A DNA stretch of 64,000 nt from Abditibacterium sp. GTDB taxonomy: Bacteria > Armatimonadota > Abditibacteriia > Abditibacteriales > Abditibacteriaceae. The stretch lies in assembly GCA_965199495.1 (NCBI GenBank), contig CBDASK010000003.1, forward strand, positions 992,001 through 1,056,000. Reading direction: 5' to 3'. A program made the translations under genes and the position numbers. The notes under the pieces were generated by a model. That model was not told the DNA's origin. It worked only from the letters and a program-made list of their open reading frames with translations, and did not search any database. Shown piece after piece: positions 20,688 to 30,644 of the stretch. How positions within the stretch are numbered: the first letter of the stretch is position 1; each line of letters begins with the position of its first letter.

Positions 20688-22195
20688 TCAATATTTCGCG
20701 TTCCACAGCACGACTTTCTTTGCTTTGGCTTTGCGAAAACCCGCGATATTATCTTGCTGCATATAAACCAGATCCAAAGTTTTTACGCGCTCTGCGGGCG
20801 CGTGGCTGCCATTCCACTGGCGCACTAAATACGCCACATAATAACCGCGATGCGCCGCGTTTTCGACGGGCCACAGATTAAGCAGATATTTTTGCCATTG
20901 CGCGTCACGGAATGTGCCCGATAAATTGGCTTGTTCCGCCCACGATAATGGCGCGCCATTGATTAAGTTCACTTTGCGTCCGTCATTCAACGTGGCGGCA
21001 GCGACCAGCCAGCCGTCTTCTTTGAGCGGGAACGGCGCGAACATATTCCAGATTTGATCGATGCGCAGCGCCTCGCCAATCCAGTTCCAACTTTGCGGGA
21101 AATACGGCTGATAACGATTGAAATCGAGCGCGCGAAAATTCCAGGCGAAAATATACAACAGAAAAAACCCGGCGCTCGCCTGCTGAGCCACCGCGCGCCA
21201 CATCGGGATGGAGCGAGTCAGCGAACCGCGCGCTGCAACGCGCGCCCGCATACGCCCCATAATTTCGCGAAGGCGCGTGCCCGACGCGCCGAATCGCGTA
21301 TCGGCGAATTCCCAAAATTCTGTCGGCACGAACAGCAGCCACGCCGCCGGCGCGATGAAGGTGAACACGCCCAATGTCAGGCACAAACCCATCGCGAAAT
21401 GGAATCCGATGAAAATTGCGACCATCAATAATCGCAAACGCCAGAACGGAAGCAGCGCCAAAAGCGGCCCAAAACGTTCGAGAGCCACCGTTGCGAACGT
21501 CAAAATTCGCAGCGCATCGGGATAATGCAACAGCGCGCGGCCCAGCGGTCGGCTCAGTTGGTCAATCGAAAGCGCGTAACCAATCGCCGTGCCGTCCATG
21601 CGCCACGAAGCGTCGGTTTTGAGCGCCGCCGTGAACCAGTAGACAAAACAAACCTGTAACAACACCGCGACCGTCGCGACTGAGAGCTGCGGCTCGTTGT
21701 TCGTTTTTTCATCGGGCGAATTCGTCAACCAACGATCCAACGAAGCGCGCGCGCCCAAGGGTAGAAACATACTCCAGAACAACATTAGGCGCAGCAAAAC
21801 GTCGCCGCCCTGCAACACCATCGGGTTGCGATTGTGCAGCGAAACTAATAAAAGCCACGAAATGAAAGTCGCGATGCCCGTTCGATAACCAACAGCGCGA
21901 GGGCCGCCACCACTTGAATCCCTAACAAAACGCCCTGCCCGCCCAACGTGCCGCTCATCAAATGAAAACTGAATAACGCGGGTAAGCCCGCATAAATCTC
22001 GATTTGCGCGGCGCGCGGCAACACGCCCGCATCGGTGTAAAACGCGCCCAGATTGGCGATGCGTAGCCACAAATCCGACAACAAAACCAGCGCCAACGCC
22101 ACGCGAAACAGCGCCAACGAACGCGCGTCAATGCCAAAAATTCGCCCCGCAAACGAGTGGAACGAATGGATTTGGGAAAAAGCGAACGAGCGCAT
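20688..22195 (-). pseudogene. HTTM domain membrane protein, frameshifted
   Basis: N part FGIDARSLALFRVALA...FYTDAGVLPR and C part VGYRT...HNRNPMVLQGGDVLLRLMLFWSMFLPLG...DQIWNMFAP are in different frames. Restoring a 4-nt TTGG duplication near 21887-21892 gives LALLVGYRT. Confidence 0.8.
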
Positions 22196-22233
22196 GAAGG
22201 GAACAGGCCGGTAGATATTCAGATGCCAGAGGT

Positions 22234-22395
22234 CGCGATGTCATTTCGAGTGAGGCACGAACCGAGAAATCTTGCGCCCGCGCGGCAGCGCATGTTCGAG
22301 ATGTCGTTACATTTCGGCTTTGGCTTGGGCAGTATTTCCGCTGGCGCGGGGCCGAAAGATTTCTCGGTTCGTGCCTCACTCGAAATGACATCGCG
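22234..22395. repeat. Palindromic element, TGTCATT family, copy A
   Basis: Perfect 40-bp arms at 22234-22273 and 22356-22395 (CGCGATGTCATTTCGAGTGAGGCACGAACCGAGAAATCTT). Confidence 0.9.
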
Positions 22396-22428
22396 CTTCC
22401 AACCCTCTCCGAAATCCCATTATCCGAA

Positions 22429-24126
22429 TTAATGTCCGCCGCCCGCGCCTTCGCGTAGGGTGACGGCGGCGGGCGCGGCTTCGGGCGAGATGATCGCGTT
22501 GAAGCGGTCGCCCGCCTCAAATTCCAGTTCGGGCGAGGCGACCAACAATTCATCGGCGCGCTCGATGGTGACGATGACGCAACCGGCGGGCAAATCCAAA
22601 TCGCCCAATCGCTTGCCATCGAAAGCCGCGTCGGGCGCGACAGTCAGTTCGAGCAGCAGGTTTTGCTTGAGCTGCGGTTTTTCCTGTGCGCGCGTCAAAT
22701 CGCGACGCAGCAAGGCTTCGTAAATCGGCGCATCGCCCAACGAATCGGCGACAATGTAGGCGCAGAAACAGGCGATTAAAAGCGGCAACATCAAGTTATA
22801 GTTGCCGGTCATTTCGACGATAAGCACGATGCCCGTCAGCGGCGCGCGCACGATAGATGTGAAGTAGGCCGCCATGCCGACGACGGCGAAAACCGCCGCA
22901 TCGGGCACCTGTTTAGGCAGCAAAATTTGGCCGATTTCGCCGACGGCCAGCCCGATTTGCGCGCCCAAAACCAACAGCGGCGCGAAGATGCCGCCCGCCG
23001 CGCCGGTCGCGTAACTCACCATCATCATCACGAAGCGCAGCGAAAACAGGCCGGGCAGATGAGTAAGCGGGATGGTGCCCGCCAAAGTCTGCTCGACGAG
23101 ATCGTGACCGTTGCCGCCGACAATCGGCAAATACCACGCGACAACGGCGAGGGCGCCGCCGACCAATGCACCGCTCGCGCCGGGTTTCCATGCGCGCGCT
23201 TTGGTGAACAGGTTCAGCGTGAACAACAACGCGCGATTGAAAACCACGCCCAGCGCGCCCGCAGCAATGCCCAGAATAACGAATAATGGCACGCATTGCA
23301 GCGGCGGCACCGCATATTGTTCGATATGAAAAACCGGCAGTTGTCCCAGCAAAACGCGACAGATCACGTCGCTCGTCACGCACGCGACGAACGCGACGGC
23401 GAACACGCCGGGCGCGAAATCGCGTTGCACCTCTTCCAACACAAAAACCAATCCGGCGAGCGGCGCGTTAAACGCGGCGGCTAAACCAGCGCCCGCGCCC
23501 GCAGCGATCAAATTCTGGCGTTCGCGCGCGGTCGCGCCCATCCAATCCGAGACCATCTGACCGACGGCGCCGCCCATCTGAACCGTCGGCCCTTCGCGGC
23601 CCAACGTCAGGCCAGCGCCAATCGCGAGAAAGCCCGCCGCGAACTTCACCGGCAACACGCGCTTCCAGCGCAGGGGCCGCAACCGGTGCAAAACCGCCTT
23701 CAAATGCGGAATGCCCGACCCCGACGCTTCGGGCGCGAATAAGGGCACGAGGGCCACGCCGAGGCCCGCGAAAACCGCACAGAAAATAACCGTGACCGGC
23801 AAACCCCACCAATACTGGTGGCCCAAATCGAACAGGTTATCGCGCCAGTTTTCGGCGAAATCGAGCAGACCACGAAAACAAACCGCCAGCAAACCTGTGA
23901 TCGCTCCGACCACGAAAGCGCGCGGAAACTGGCGCCGTCTGCGTTCGTGGGCGCGCACGAAATCGCGCACTTCGCGCTTGACCTCGCCCGGCGTAATCGG
24001 CGGCTCGTCATCGTCAAGCGGCTCATCGGCGACATCAACCTCCATTGTTTCGAGGTCTGCTTCGATAGCGCGGCTGGCGCCCGAAAGCGGTTCTTCGGTT
24101 GCAGAGTTTTCGGAGGCGGAAGGCAT
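22429..24126 (-). CDS. clcA: H+/Cl- exchange transporter with C-terminal TrkA-C/RCK-like domain
   Basis: GSGIP, GREGPTVQMG, AAFNAPLAG, LEE and GGIFAP motifs. Start codon uncertain. Confidence 0.92.
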   Translation of the reverse strand: MPSASENSATEEPLSGASRAIEADLETMEVDVADEPLDDDEPPITPGEVKREVRDFVRAHERRRRQFPRAFVVGAITGLLAVCFRGLLDFAENWRDNLFDLGHQYWWGLPVTVIFCAVFAGLGVALVPLFAPEASGSGIPHLKAVLHRLRPLRWKRVLPVKFAAGFLAIGAGLTLGREGPTVQMGGAVGQMVSDWMGATARERQNLIAAGAGAGLAAAFNAPLAGLVFVLEEVQRDFAPGVFAVAFVACVTSDVICRVLLGQLPVFHIEQYAVPPLQCVPLFVILGIAAGALGVVFNRALLFTLNLFTKARAWKPGASGALVGGALAVVAWYLPIVGGNGHDLVEQTLAGTIPLTHLPGLFSLRFVMMMVSYATGAAGGIFAPLLVLGAQIGLAVGEIGQILLPKQVPDAAVFAVVGMAAYFTSIVRAPLTGIVLIVEMTGNYNLMLPLLIACFCAYIVADSLGDAPIYEALLRRDLTRAQEKPQLKQNLLLELTVAPDAAFDGKRLGDLDLPAGCVIVTIERADELLVASPELEFEAGDRFNAIISPEAAPAAVTLREGAGGGH

Positions 24127-24287
24127 GACGGCGTTAACCAGTATAGAAAGCCGGGTTTCGGTTAGCAGATAAACTCCTTCTAAGATTGCTCTTACCCACG
24201 ACTTGCAGCAAAAAAGCAACGTTGTTATGATCCATTTATTACAATCGAAATTTAATTTTCGGTTACGTCATTTACAAGGAGAGAAAA

Positions 24288-24617
24288 ATGAACGATTCCA
24301 CCAACCAAAAATGCGAGACTCAGGACAAATGGGAAGCCATTCACGATTTCATGCCGCCCGGCCCAGCGCGTCTGCGCGTCAATGGCACCTTACAAATGCC
24401 GACGCCGGGCTACAAACTTTCGCTGCACCAGGCGAACCCGCAGGGAATTAATCCGCAAATCCTGTTGCTCCAATTGGATACCGAAGCGCCGACCGATGTC
24501 GTGCCGCAGGTCATCACGCCGACCCCAGTGCGCTACGAACTGGAAACCGACTTCGATTACACCCACATCACGATTTTGCCCGCGATTACGACGATTGAGG
24601 TGCAAAAAGTTTATTAG
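24288..24617 (+). CDS. Hypothetical protein
   Basis: AAGGAG RBS. 109 aa with WEAIHDFMPPGP and PQGINPQILLLQL. Confidence 0.75.
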   Translation: MNDSTNQKCETQDKWEAIHDFMPPGPARLRVNGTLQMPTPGYKLSLHQANPQGINPQILLLQLDTEAPTDVVPQVITPTPVRYELETDFDYTHITILPAITTIEVQKVY

Positions 24618-24704
24618 TCATCGCCAGAGCGTAGCCTCTGGCAGCAGTTTCGAGCGGTTGGAAACACAGTGGTAACGCGCGTTCGCTAAAATAGAGCGCG
24701 CATT

Positions 24705-25742
24705 ATGAAACAACCTCTCGGTATTTTAACCGGCGGCGGCGATTGTCCCGGCCTCAACGCGGTCATTCGCGCCGTCGTGCGCCGCGCCGCCGTGCAAGAC
24801 ATTCCAGTTCTGGGCATCCGGCGTGGCTGGGACGGACTGAGCGACGGCGATTTTATGCCCTTAACGCGCAGTTCGGTTTCGGGACTTTTGGCGCGCGGCG
24901 GCACGATTCTGGGCACTTCGCGCACCAACCCACTGGCCGACCCCGATATGCTCAACCGCATTCAAACCAACTTCAAGCAGTCCGAGTTGAGCGGTTTGAT
25001 CGTCGTCGGCGGCAACGGCACTTTAGCGGCGGCGCGCGAGATGTGGCATCGTCATCAAATGCCGGTCGTGGGCGTGCCCAAAACCATTGACAACGATTTG
25101 CAGGGCACCGATATGACTTTCGGTTTCGATACTGCCGTTTCGATTGCCACCGACGCCATTGACCGACTTCACACCACAGCCGAATCGCACGACCGCGTGA
25201 TGATTTTGGAAGTCATGGGCCGCATGGTCGGCTGGATCGCAGCCACGGCGGGCATCGCGGGCGGCGCCGACATCATTCTGGTGCCGGAAAAACCGTTTGT
25301 CATTTCGGAAATCATCAAACTCATCGAAGCGCGCCGCAAACGCAAACTGACGTTTTCGATTATCGTCGTCGCCGAAGCCGCGCGCCCCGACGAAAGCGAA
25401 GATTTTCTCTCCGAAGAAACCAAGCAAATGCTCTACGACGAGCGCAATCTGGGCGGCATCGGGCGCCAGTTGGCGCGCGAAATCGAGAAGCGCACCGACA
25501 TCGAAACGCGCGTCACGGTTTTGGGCTACACGCAACGCGGCGGCTCGCCGACTGCGTTCGACCGAGTGTTAGCCACGCGCTACGGCATGGGCGCCGTCGA
25601 GTTGGCGTTGGACGAAAAATGGGGCCAAATGGTGGCGATTCACGGCGGCAAAATGACCAGCGTCTCGCTCGACGTGGCGACTGCCGAGCCGAAGGTTTTA
25701 GACCCGGATTTGTATCGCACGGCGGAGATGTTCTTCGGTTAA
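24705..25742 (+). CDS. pfkA: ATP-dependent 6-phosphofructokinase
   Basis: GILTGGGDCPGLNAVIR, GGTILGTSR, PKTIDND, EVMGR and LGYTQRGG. Confidence 0.96.
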   Translation: MKQPLGILTGGGDCPGLNAVIRAVVRRAAVQDIPVLGIRRGWDGLSDGDFMPLTRSSVSGLLARGGTILGTSRTNPLADPDMLNRIQTNFKQSELSGLIVVGGNGTLAAAREMWHRHQMPVVGVPKTIDNDLQGTDMTFGFDTAVSIATDAIDRLHTTAESHDRVMILEVMGRMVGWIAATAGIAGGADIILVPEKPFVISEIIKLIEARRKRKLTFSIIVVAEAARPDESEDFLSEETKQMLYDERNLGGIGRQLAREIEKRTDIETRVTVLGYTQRGGSPTAFDRVLATRYGMGAVELALDEKWGQMVAIHGGKMTSVSLDVATAEPKVLDPDLYRTAEMFFG

Positions 25743-28180
25743 TTCCAATCCACTTTAATTTCGGTGCGATTGTGCGCGGCGTCGGTCAAAACGAACGTCA
25801 CGACGGCGTGGCGCCCGCGCCAATCAGTGGGCACGGCAACGGGCGCGGCGAAAATACCGTTTTCGCCGCGTCGCAGTTCAACGCGCGAATTCCACGGAGT
25901 AAACGCCGAAACGCGGCGCGTCAGGTCATCGGTGCGCAGGCTCAATTTCCAATTATGACCGGCGCGCCCGATGGCAGCCACGCCGTCAGGCGCGGTATCG
26001 TCAACCAGATAATTCATCGTCAACCGTTGCCGTTGTCCACTCGCGTCCACAATGAGAATCGTCACTTCGTATTGTCCCTGATCGGCGTGGCCGGGCACGT
26101 CGAAACGCGTTTCCCACGCTTTTTTCTGCGCATCGTAAGCCAGCGGCAAAAGGCTGCCATCGGGCAAAATCGCGATGACGCGCTGGCAGTCGGCGGGCGC
26201 AATCACCGAAATCAACGGATCGCCACGCTTGAGATAATACTGCTCTGCGGTTAGTCCCATAGCGCCCCACCCGTTCTTTTCCCAATCCAGATAATTCTGC
26301 GCGGGCTTGTTGGTCGCCTTAGCCTCGCGGTCGAGGGCCGCGCGCAATTGTTTGAGTTTGCTCTGGTTGGCAGGAGTTTTGGCTTCTGCTTGCAACACTT
26401 GATACGCCTTTTCGTGCGCCAGCGCGCGGTGAGCATTGATAATTGCGTATTTGCTGCTTTCGTATTGCGTCCAATCCCCTTGATGATGTGGCACGCCGTT
26501 GTAGACCAAATCATCCATTTTTTCCACGCGCGTTTGTAACGCGTCGAGGCGTTTTGGATCGGGCGCGGGCTGCACCATTTCCAATCCCAAATCGTCGGCG
26601 ACATCGTTGATGGCGCGTCCAGCAGCGAACTCGATGAACTGCTGCGGCTTCCAATTTTTGTCTTGCGAGGCGACTCGTTTCAACTCACTTTGCAACCGCA
26701 TAGCGCGCGCCGAATTTTGGCCATTTTTTAACTGTTCAGCAATCAGCGCGTCGGCCAGTGAATTACCGGATTGGAACATATAATTCTCCGTAGGTTTTGC
26801 GCCCGCCGCGACCAAATTGGCCTGAATGCGCTTCAAGCGTTCGTCTTGTGGCGAAATTTTCGCGTTAGCGCGAGACACGTCAACAGCCGCCGAGACCCGA
26901 TCCAACTCCTGATCGAGATAAAACTGCAACGGCTGACGATACCCTGCCCCCGGATTTTCTTTTTCGAGTTTGGCCGTCAACTGTTGAAAGTTCTGCTTTT
27001 GCGCCGCCGCGCTTTTGGCGTCGCGCTGAGCATAAGCCATCGCATAGGCGCGCCCGGCGTTGTCGCGGTCGTCCTGCGCCGTAATCATCTCGAAATTCTT
27101 ACGTTCGGCGCGTGGAACGGCGAGCCAACTCGTCCACTTCGAGACCAGACCAAACCGCTTCGAGAGCGTCACGACTTTGAAACGGTTCGCGGGATTTTCG
27201 CTCAAGCGTTCCAGATAGCGCGCCGCCCACAAACGCGATGCCGCATTGTCGGGCGCGCGCTGGGCGGAAAATTGAAGGCTCACCGATTCGCTGTTGAGCG
27301 AAACAATGGCCCGCCCCGCGCCGCGATAACGACCGTAAACCGTATAGTTTTGCCCGCCTTTTACGCGGTCAACGCGCGGCGTCAGCACATCATAAGTTCG
27401 CACGCCACTAATTTTGAAGCGAGGTCGCATAATCGCATCGCGCGGCGTCAGCGCGATGGCGAAAAATCCATCTTTGCCGCCATCGCGCGCAGCCAATAGC
27501 GAAGCTCGCAACGGTGCCGCGTTTTGCCTAAATATGACGCGTGCATCCGATTCGGGCCGATAATCGGTTCGGTTCACGCTCAAAACGCCGTGTTTGAAGG
27601 CGCCCATATTCGATTGCAAAGTGCCCGCACCGCGCACGCTCAGCCGAAAACGATCTAATTTCGCGTCTTTGTCTTGGCCGACTAAGTCGCGCAACGGATA
27701 ACTCCACAACGCGCCGCCCGCAATCGCCGGAAGCGCCTGCGCCAACTGGACTTCGACTTTCAAATCCTGCCCGGCGAACACGGGATAAATGCGCGCGCGA
27801 AAACTGTTGGTGCCCGTCATTTCGATCAAAGCGGGATCAGCGACGTAAGTCGTAATCGTTTGATAAATCCGCGCCGCGCGCGCCCGTTCGACCACGCGCG
27901 CGGTCACTTTTTCTTTGCCGTTCCAATAAGCGAAACCAGTCACCACATCGCCGGGTGGCGCCTGATAGAAAAACTCGGCTTCGATGTCGCTGCCCACAGG
28001 ATTAACGTAAGTCGTAGTCACCGTCGTGCGGGCAAAAGCGCCCTGAATCGTCGCATCAACCGCCAACGCGCGAACGTGTAACGCTTGCGCATCGCCGCCT
28101 TTAGGTTTGAGAAGGGCGCTCGCATCCGACGCCGTGGCTGCACTCGCCAACACTAAAATCAACACGAGAAATTTTCGCAT
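25739..28180 (-). CDS. Secreted VIT-domain protein lacking a vWA domain
   Basis: Signal peptide, VIT-like IQGAFARTTVTTTYVN...DPALIE...FRARIYPV, FGLVSKWTSWLAV and Ig-like C-terminus. No DxSxS MIDAS motif seen. Confidence 0.75.
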   Translation of the reverse strand: MRKFLVLILVLASAATASDASALLKPKGGDAQALHVRALAVDATIQGAFARTTVTTTYVNPVGSDIEAEFFYQAPPGDVVTGFAYWNGKEKVTARVVERARAARIYQTITTYVADPALIEMTGTNSFRARIYPVFAGQDLKVEVQLAQALPAIAGGALWSYPLRDLVGQDKDAKLDRFRLSVRGAGTLQSNMGAFKHGVLSVNRTDYRPESDARVIFRQNAAPLRASLLAARDGGKDGFFAIALTPRDAIMRPRFKISGVRTYDVLTPRVDRVKGGQNYTVYGRYRGAGRAIVSLNSESVSLQFSAQRAPDNAASRLWAARYLERLSENPANRFKVVTLSKRFGLVSKWTSWLAVPRAERKNFEMITAQDDRDNAGRAYAMAYAQRDAKSAAAQKQNFQQLTAKLEKENPGAGYRQPLQFYLDQELDRVSAAVDVSRANAKISPQDERLKRIQANLVAAGAKPTENYMFQSGNSLADALIAEQLKNGQNSARAMRLQSELKRVASQDKNWKPQQFIEFAAGRAINDVADDLGLEMVQPAPDPKRLDALQTRVEKMDDLVYNGVPHHQGDWTQYESSKYAIINAHRALAHEKAYQVLQAEAKTPANQSKLKQLRAALDREAKATNKPAQNYLDWEKNGWGAMGLTAEQYYLKRGDPLISVIAPADCQRVIAILPDGSLLPLAYDAQKKAWETRFDVPGHADQGQYEVTILIVDASGQRQRLTMNYLVDDTAPDGVAAIGRAGHNWKLSLRTDDLTRRVSAFTPWNSRVELRRGENGIFAAPVAVPTDWRGRHAVVTFVLTDAAHNRTEIKVDWN

Positions 28181-28187
28181 GATTCTT

Positions 28188-28216
28188 ATTATAAGTTACA
28201 TTTTACGAAAAGTCAA
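28188..28216 (-). promoter_or_regulatory. Sigma70-type promoter of the VIT gene (leaderless geometry)
   Basis: Minus strand reads TTGACT-N17-TATAAT-N7-ATG. Confidence 0.75.
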
Positions 28217-28244
28217 ATTTTGGAGTGATGATATTAAGAATTTT

Positions 28245-29432
28245 TCAAACTAATTCAAAGCGCTCGCGCTCATTGCGCTCTGAATTCAACGCCACGACAT
28301 CGTTATACAAATCGAGCAATTGACCGACGCGGCGTTCTTTGCTAAATAATGGCGCGCGTTCGAGGGCGCGCTTTTTAAACTGCGCGCGCAGTTCCGGCTC
28401 GCAAACTAATTTGGCGACGGCTTCGCGAAAACGGTCTTCGTTGTGCGGCACCAAAAACCCGTCGCCGTCGGGTTCGATGGCTTCGGCGGCGCCCATCGCG
28501 TTGACGACGACGCACGGCAAACCGGCGCAGAGCGCTTCGGCGATGCTCAAACCTTGCGTTTCGGTGCGCGAGGCGAAGGTGAAAACATCGGCGGCGGCGA
28601 AGTAATTGGGCATCTCTTCCGGCTCGATGAAATCGGTAAAAACCACGCGCTCGCCGATGCCCATGCGGGCGGCGTGGCTGCGCATCGCGTCCATATCGGG
28701 GCCGCCGCCGACCATTAATAGTTTGGCTCTTTGATTTGTGAGAATAGGAGCCACGGCGCGCATCAAAAATTCCAGATTCTTTTCGGGCGCGATGCGTCCG
28801 ACATACAACAGCGCGACTTCATCGTCACCAATTCCTAATTTGGCGCGCGTCGCGTCGCGGTTGCCACCGGCGAATTTTTTGGTGTCAACGCCCGTCGGTA
28901 AAACCTGCGTCGAAGTGGCGGGCGACAATTTCTGAATCACGCGCTCGACAGCGTTCGACGGCGCGATCACGCGATCGGATTTTTCCAGCATTCGCTTGAC
29001 GCGCCACAAAATATACCAGCGCGATTGTTTCTCGCTTGTAATCGAATAATGCGCGTAATGATGATAAAGCGTGTGAAACGTCCAGACGAGCGGCAGTTCG
29101 TGGAACTGCGCCCAGTGCGCGCCCAGGTTGCCCATGATAAACGGCGAATGCGCGTGAACCACATCGAATCGTTCTCGCCGAAAACGCATGGCAGTTAAAG
29201 GCGCGATGCGGCAGATAAAGGGGAAAGTGACGGGATAATCGGGCGCCTTGAACCAGTGCCCGGCGGCGAAACGCACCACATCATCGGTATCGTCTTCGTG
29301 ATCGGTGAAGCGCGGCGCGAAGACGACGACGCGATGACCGCGCGCGCGCAGTTCGAGGGCGGTCGTGTGCGCCGAAGTCACGACGCCGTTTTTCGTGGGC
29401 AGATAAGTGTCGCAGAAAAAGGCGATGTTCAT
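28245..29432 (-). CDS. Glycosyltransferase family 4 (diacylglycerol glucosyltransferase-like)
   Basis: MNIAFFCDTYLPTKNGVVTS, HAHSPF, TFHTLY, YVGRIAPEKN and SRTETQGLSIAEA. Confidence 0.9.
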   Translation of the reverse strand: MNIAFFCDTYLPTKNGVVTSAHTTALELRARGHRVVVFAPRFTDHEDDTDDVVRFAAGHWFKAPDYPVTFPFICRIAPLTAMRFRRERFDVVHAHSPFIMGNLGAHWAQFHELPLVWTFHTLYHHYAHYSITSEKQSRWYILWRVKRMLEKSDRVIAPSNAVERVIQKLSPATSTQVLPTGVDTKKFAGGNRDATRAKLGIGDDEVALLYVGRIAPEKNLEFLMRAVAPILTNQRAKLLMVGGGPDMDAMRSHAARMGIGERVVFTDFIEPEEMPNYFAAADVFTFASRTETQGLSIAEALCAGLPCVVVNAMGAAEAIEPDGDGFLVPHNEDRFREAVAKLVCEPELRAQFKKRALERAPLFSKERRVGQLLDLYNDVVALNSERNERERFELV

Positions 29433-29533
29433 GGAAACAAGTGCGCCTCAGTCTAACGGATTTGCGCACGGCTTTTCGTTGCTCAGTTCGGCCAATGGGA
29501 ACTTAATTTGCTTTTCGGGCCTTTTGATTTCAC

Positions 29534-29986
29534 ATGAAAAATTACGATAAACCTTCGCAAGCCGAACTGAAACAACGCCTCACGCCGATGCAATATGATG
29601 TCACGCAAAACGACGCGACCGAGCCGCCGCACCGCAACGAATATTGGAACAACGAAGCCGATGGACTTTACGTGGACATCGTTTCGGGCGAGCCGCTGTT
29701 TAGTTCGCGCGAAAAATTCAATTCGAGTTGCGGTTGGGCCAGCTTCGATAAACCCTTGGAACCGGAAAATTTCGTCGAGAAAACCGACAGCAAGTTCGGA
29801 ATGCGCCGCACTGAAGTGCGCTCCAAACACGCCGATTCGCATTTGGGCCACGTTTTCGACGATGGGCCGACCGAAACCGGCATTCGTTATTGCATGAATT
29901 CGGCGGCGATGAAATTTATTCCCGTTGATGAATTGGAAGCCGAAGGTTATGGCGAATACGCGAAGTTGTTTGAAGACAAAAAATAG
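29534..29986 (+). CDS. msrB: Peptide methionine (R)-sulfoxide reductase
   Basis: [22 protein letters not shown] and RYCMNSAA. Confidence 0.97.
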   Translation: MKNYDKPSQAELKQRLTPMQYDVTQNDATEPPHRNEYWNNEADGLYVDIVSGEPLFSSREKFNSSCGWASFDKPLEPENFVEKTDSKFGMRRTEVRSKHADSHLGHVFDDGPTETGIRYCMNSAAMKFIPVDELEAEGYGEYAKLFEDKK

Positions 29987-30003
29987 TTTTTTTGCAAAAA
30001 CCC

Positions 30004-30032
30004 TTGACATGCCCCGCGATTTTCCGTAAGAT
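30004..30032 (+). promoter_or_regulatory. Sigma70 promoter of the tRNA cluster
   Basis: TTGACA-N17-TAAGAT ending 15 nt upstream of tRNA-fMet. Confidence 0.8.
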
Positions 30033-30046
30033 ATTACGAGCATTAT

Positions 30047-30120
30047 CGCGGGGTGGAGCAGCCCGGTAGCTCGCAAGGCTCATAACCTTGAGGTCGCAGG
30101 TTCAAATCCTGTCCCCGCCA
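30047..30120 (+). tRNA. tRNA-Met (initiator, CAT)
   Basis: Cloverleaf with CTCATAA anticodon loop, unpaired C1:C72, GGTTCAAATCC T arm. CCA tail not encoded. Confidence 0.95.
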
Positions 30121-30134
30121 TTGGAAGTTAAAAT

Positions 30135-30172
30135 GCAAAAAGGAAGAAAATTTCGATTTTCTTCCTTTTTGC
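30135..30172 (+). terminator. Hairpin between tRNA-fMet and tRNA-Ala (terminator or processing stem)
   Basis: Perfect 17-bp stem GCAAAAAGGAAGAAAAT / ATTTTCTTCCTTTTTGC. Confidence 0.5.
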
Positions 30173-30199
30173 GACTTTAACCGACGAAATCAAAAATCT

Positions 30200-30272
<73 letters not shown>

Positions 30273-30300
30273 CTTTCCTCAGATTTAATCCGAGAATATC

Positions 30301-30373
<73 letters not shown>

Positions 30374-30376
30374 TTT

Positions 30377-30413
30377 AAAAAAACCTTCGCTTTTATTAAG
30401 CGGAGGTTTTTTG
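30377..30413 (+). terminator. Rho-independent terminator after tRNA cluster
   Basis: AAAAAACCTTCGCTT / AAGCGGAGGTTTTTT hairpin with T tract. Confidence 0.8.
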
Positions 30414-30414
30414 T

Positions 30415-30528
30415 TTTTAACCCGTAGAGACACCGACTTGTCGTGTCTAAAACGTAAGTGAACTCGTTGAGCTTTATAAGAACCATAACGTTTTAGACAC
30501 GACAAGTCGGTGTCTCTACGGGTTAAAA
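30415..30528. repeat. GTAG-tagged REP-like inverted doublet
   Basis: Perfect 41-bp arms at 30415-30455 and 30488-30528, containing GTAGAGACACCGACTTGTCGTGTCT with an internal hairpin. Confidence 0.85.
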
Positions 30529-30644
30529 GAGTCGCATCAAACAAAACATCTTAAAACACCTGTGCCGCATTTCGCCTTACTTAACCTTGCGCGTTTTTGT
30601 CAAAATTAAAGAGGTCGTTCTCCCCGCGCCACTGAGGTCACTTC

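Noticed and set aside
22128..22619. ORFs spanning the palindromic elements (also 47150-47705, 49780-49992 and 58223-58911)
   Set aside because: They are mirror-image translations of inverted repeats, giving the same peptide on both strands, with no RBS or domain.
24126..24290. Fluoride riboswitch / CLC-F exporter
   Set aside because: No crcB-like motif was seen upstream, and the protein has GSGIP and GREGP, the Cl-/H+ antiporter signatures.
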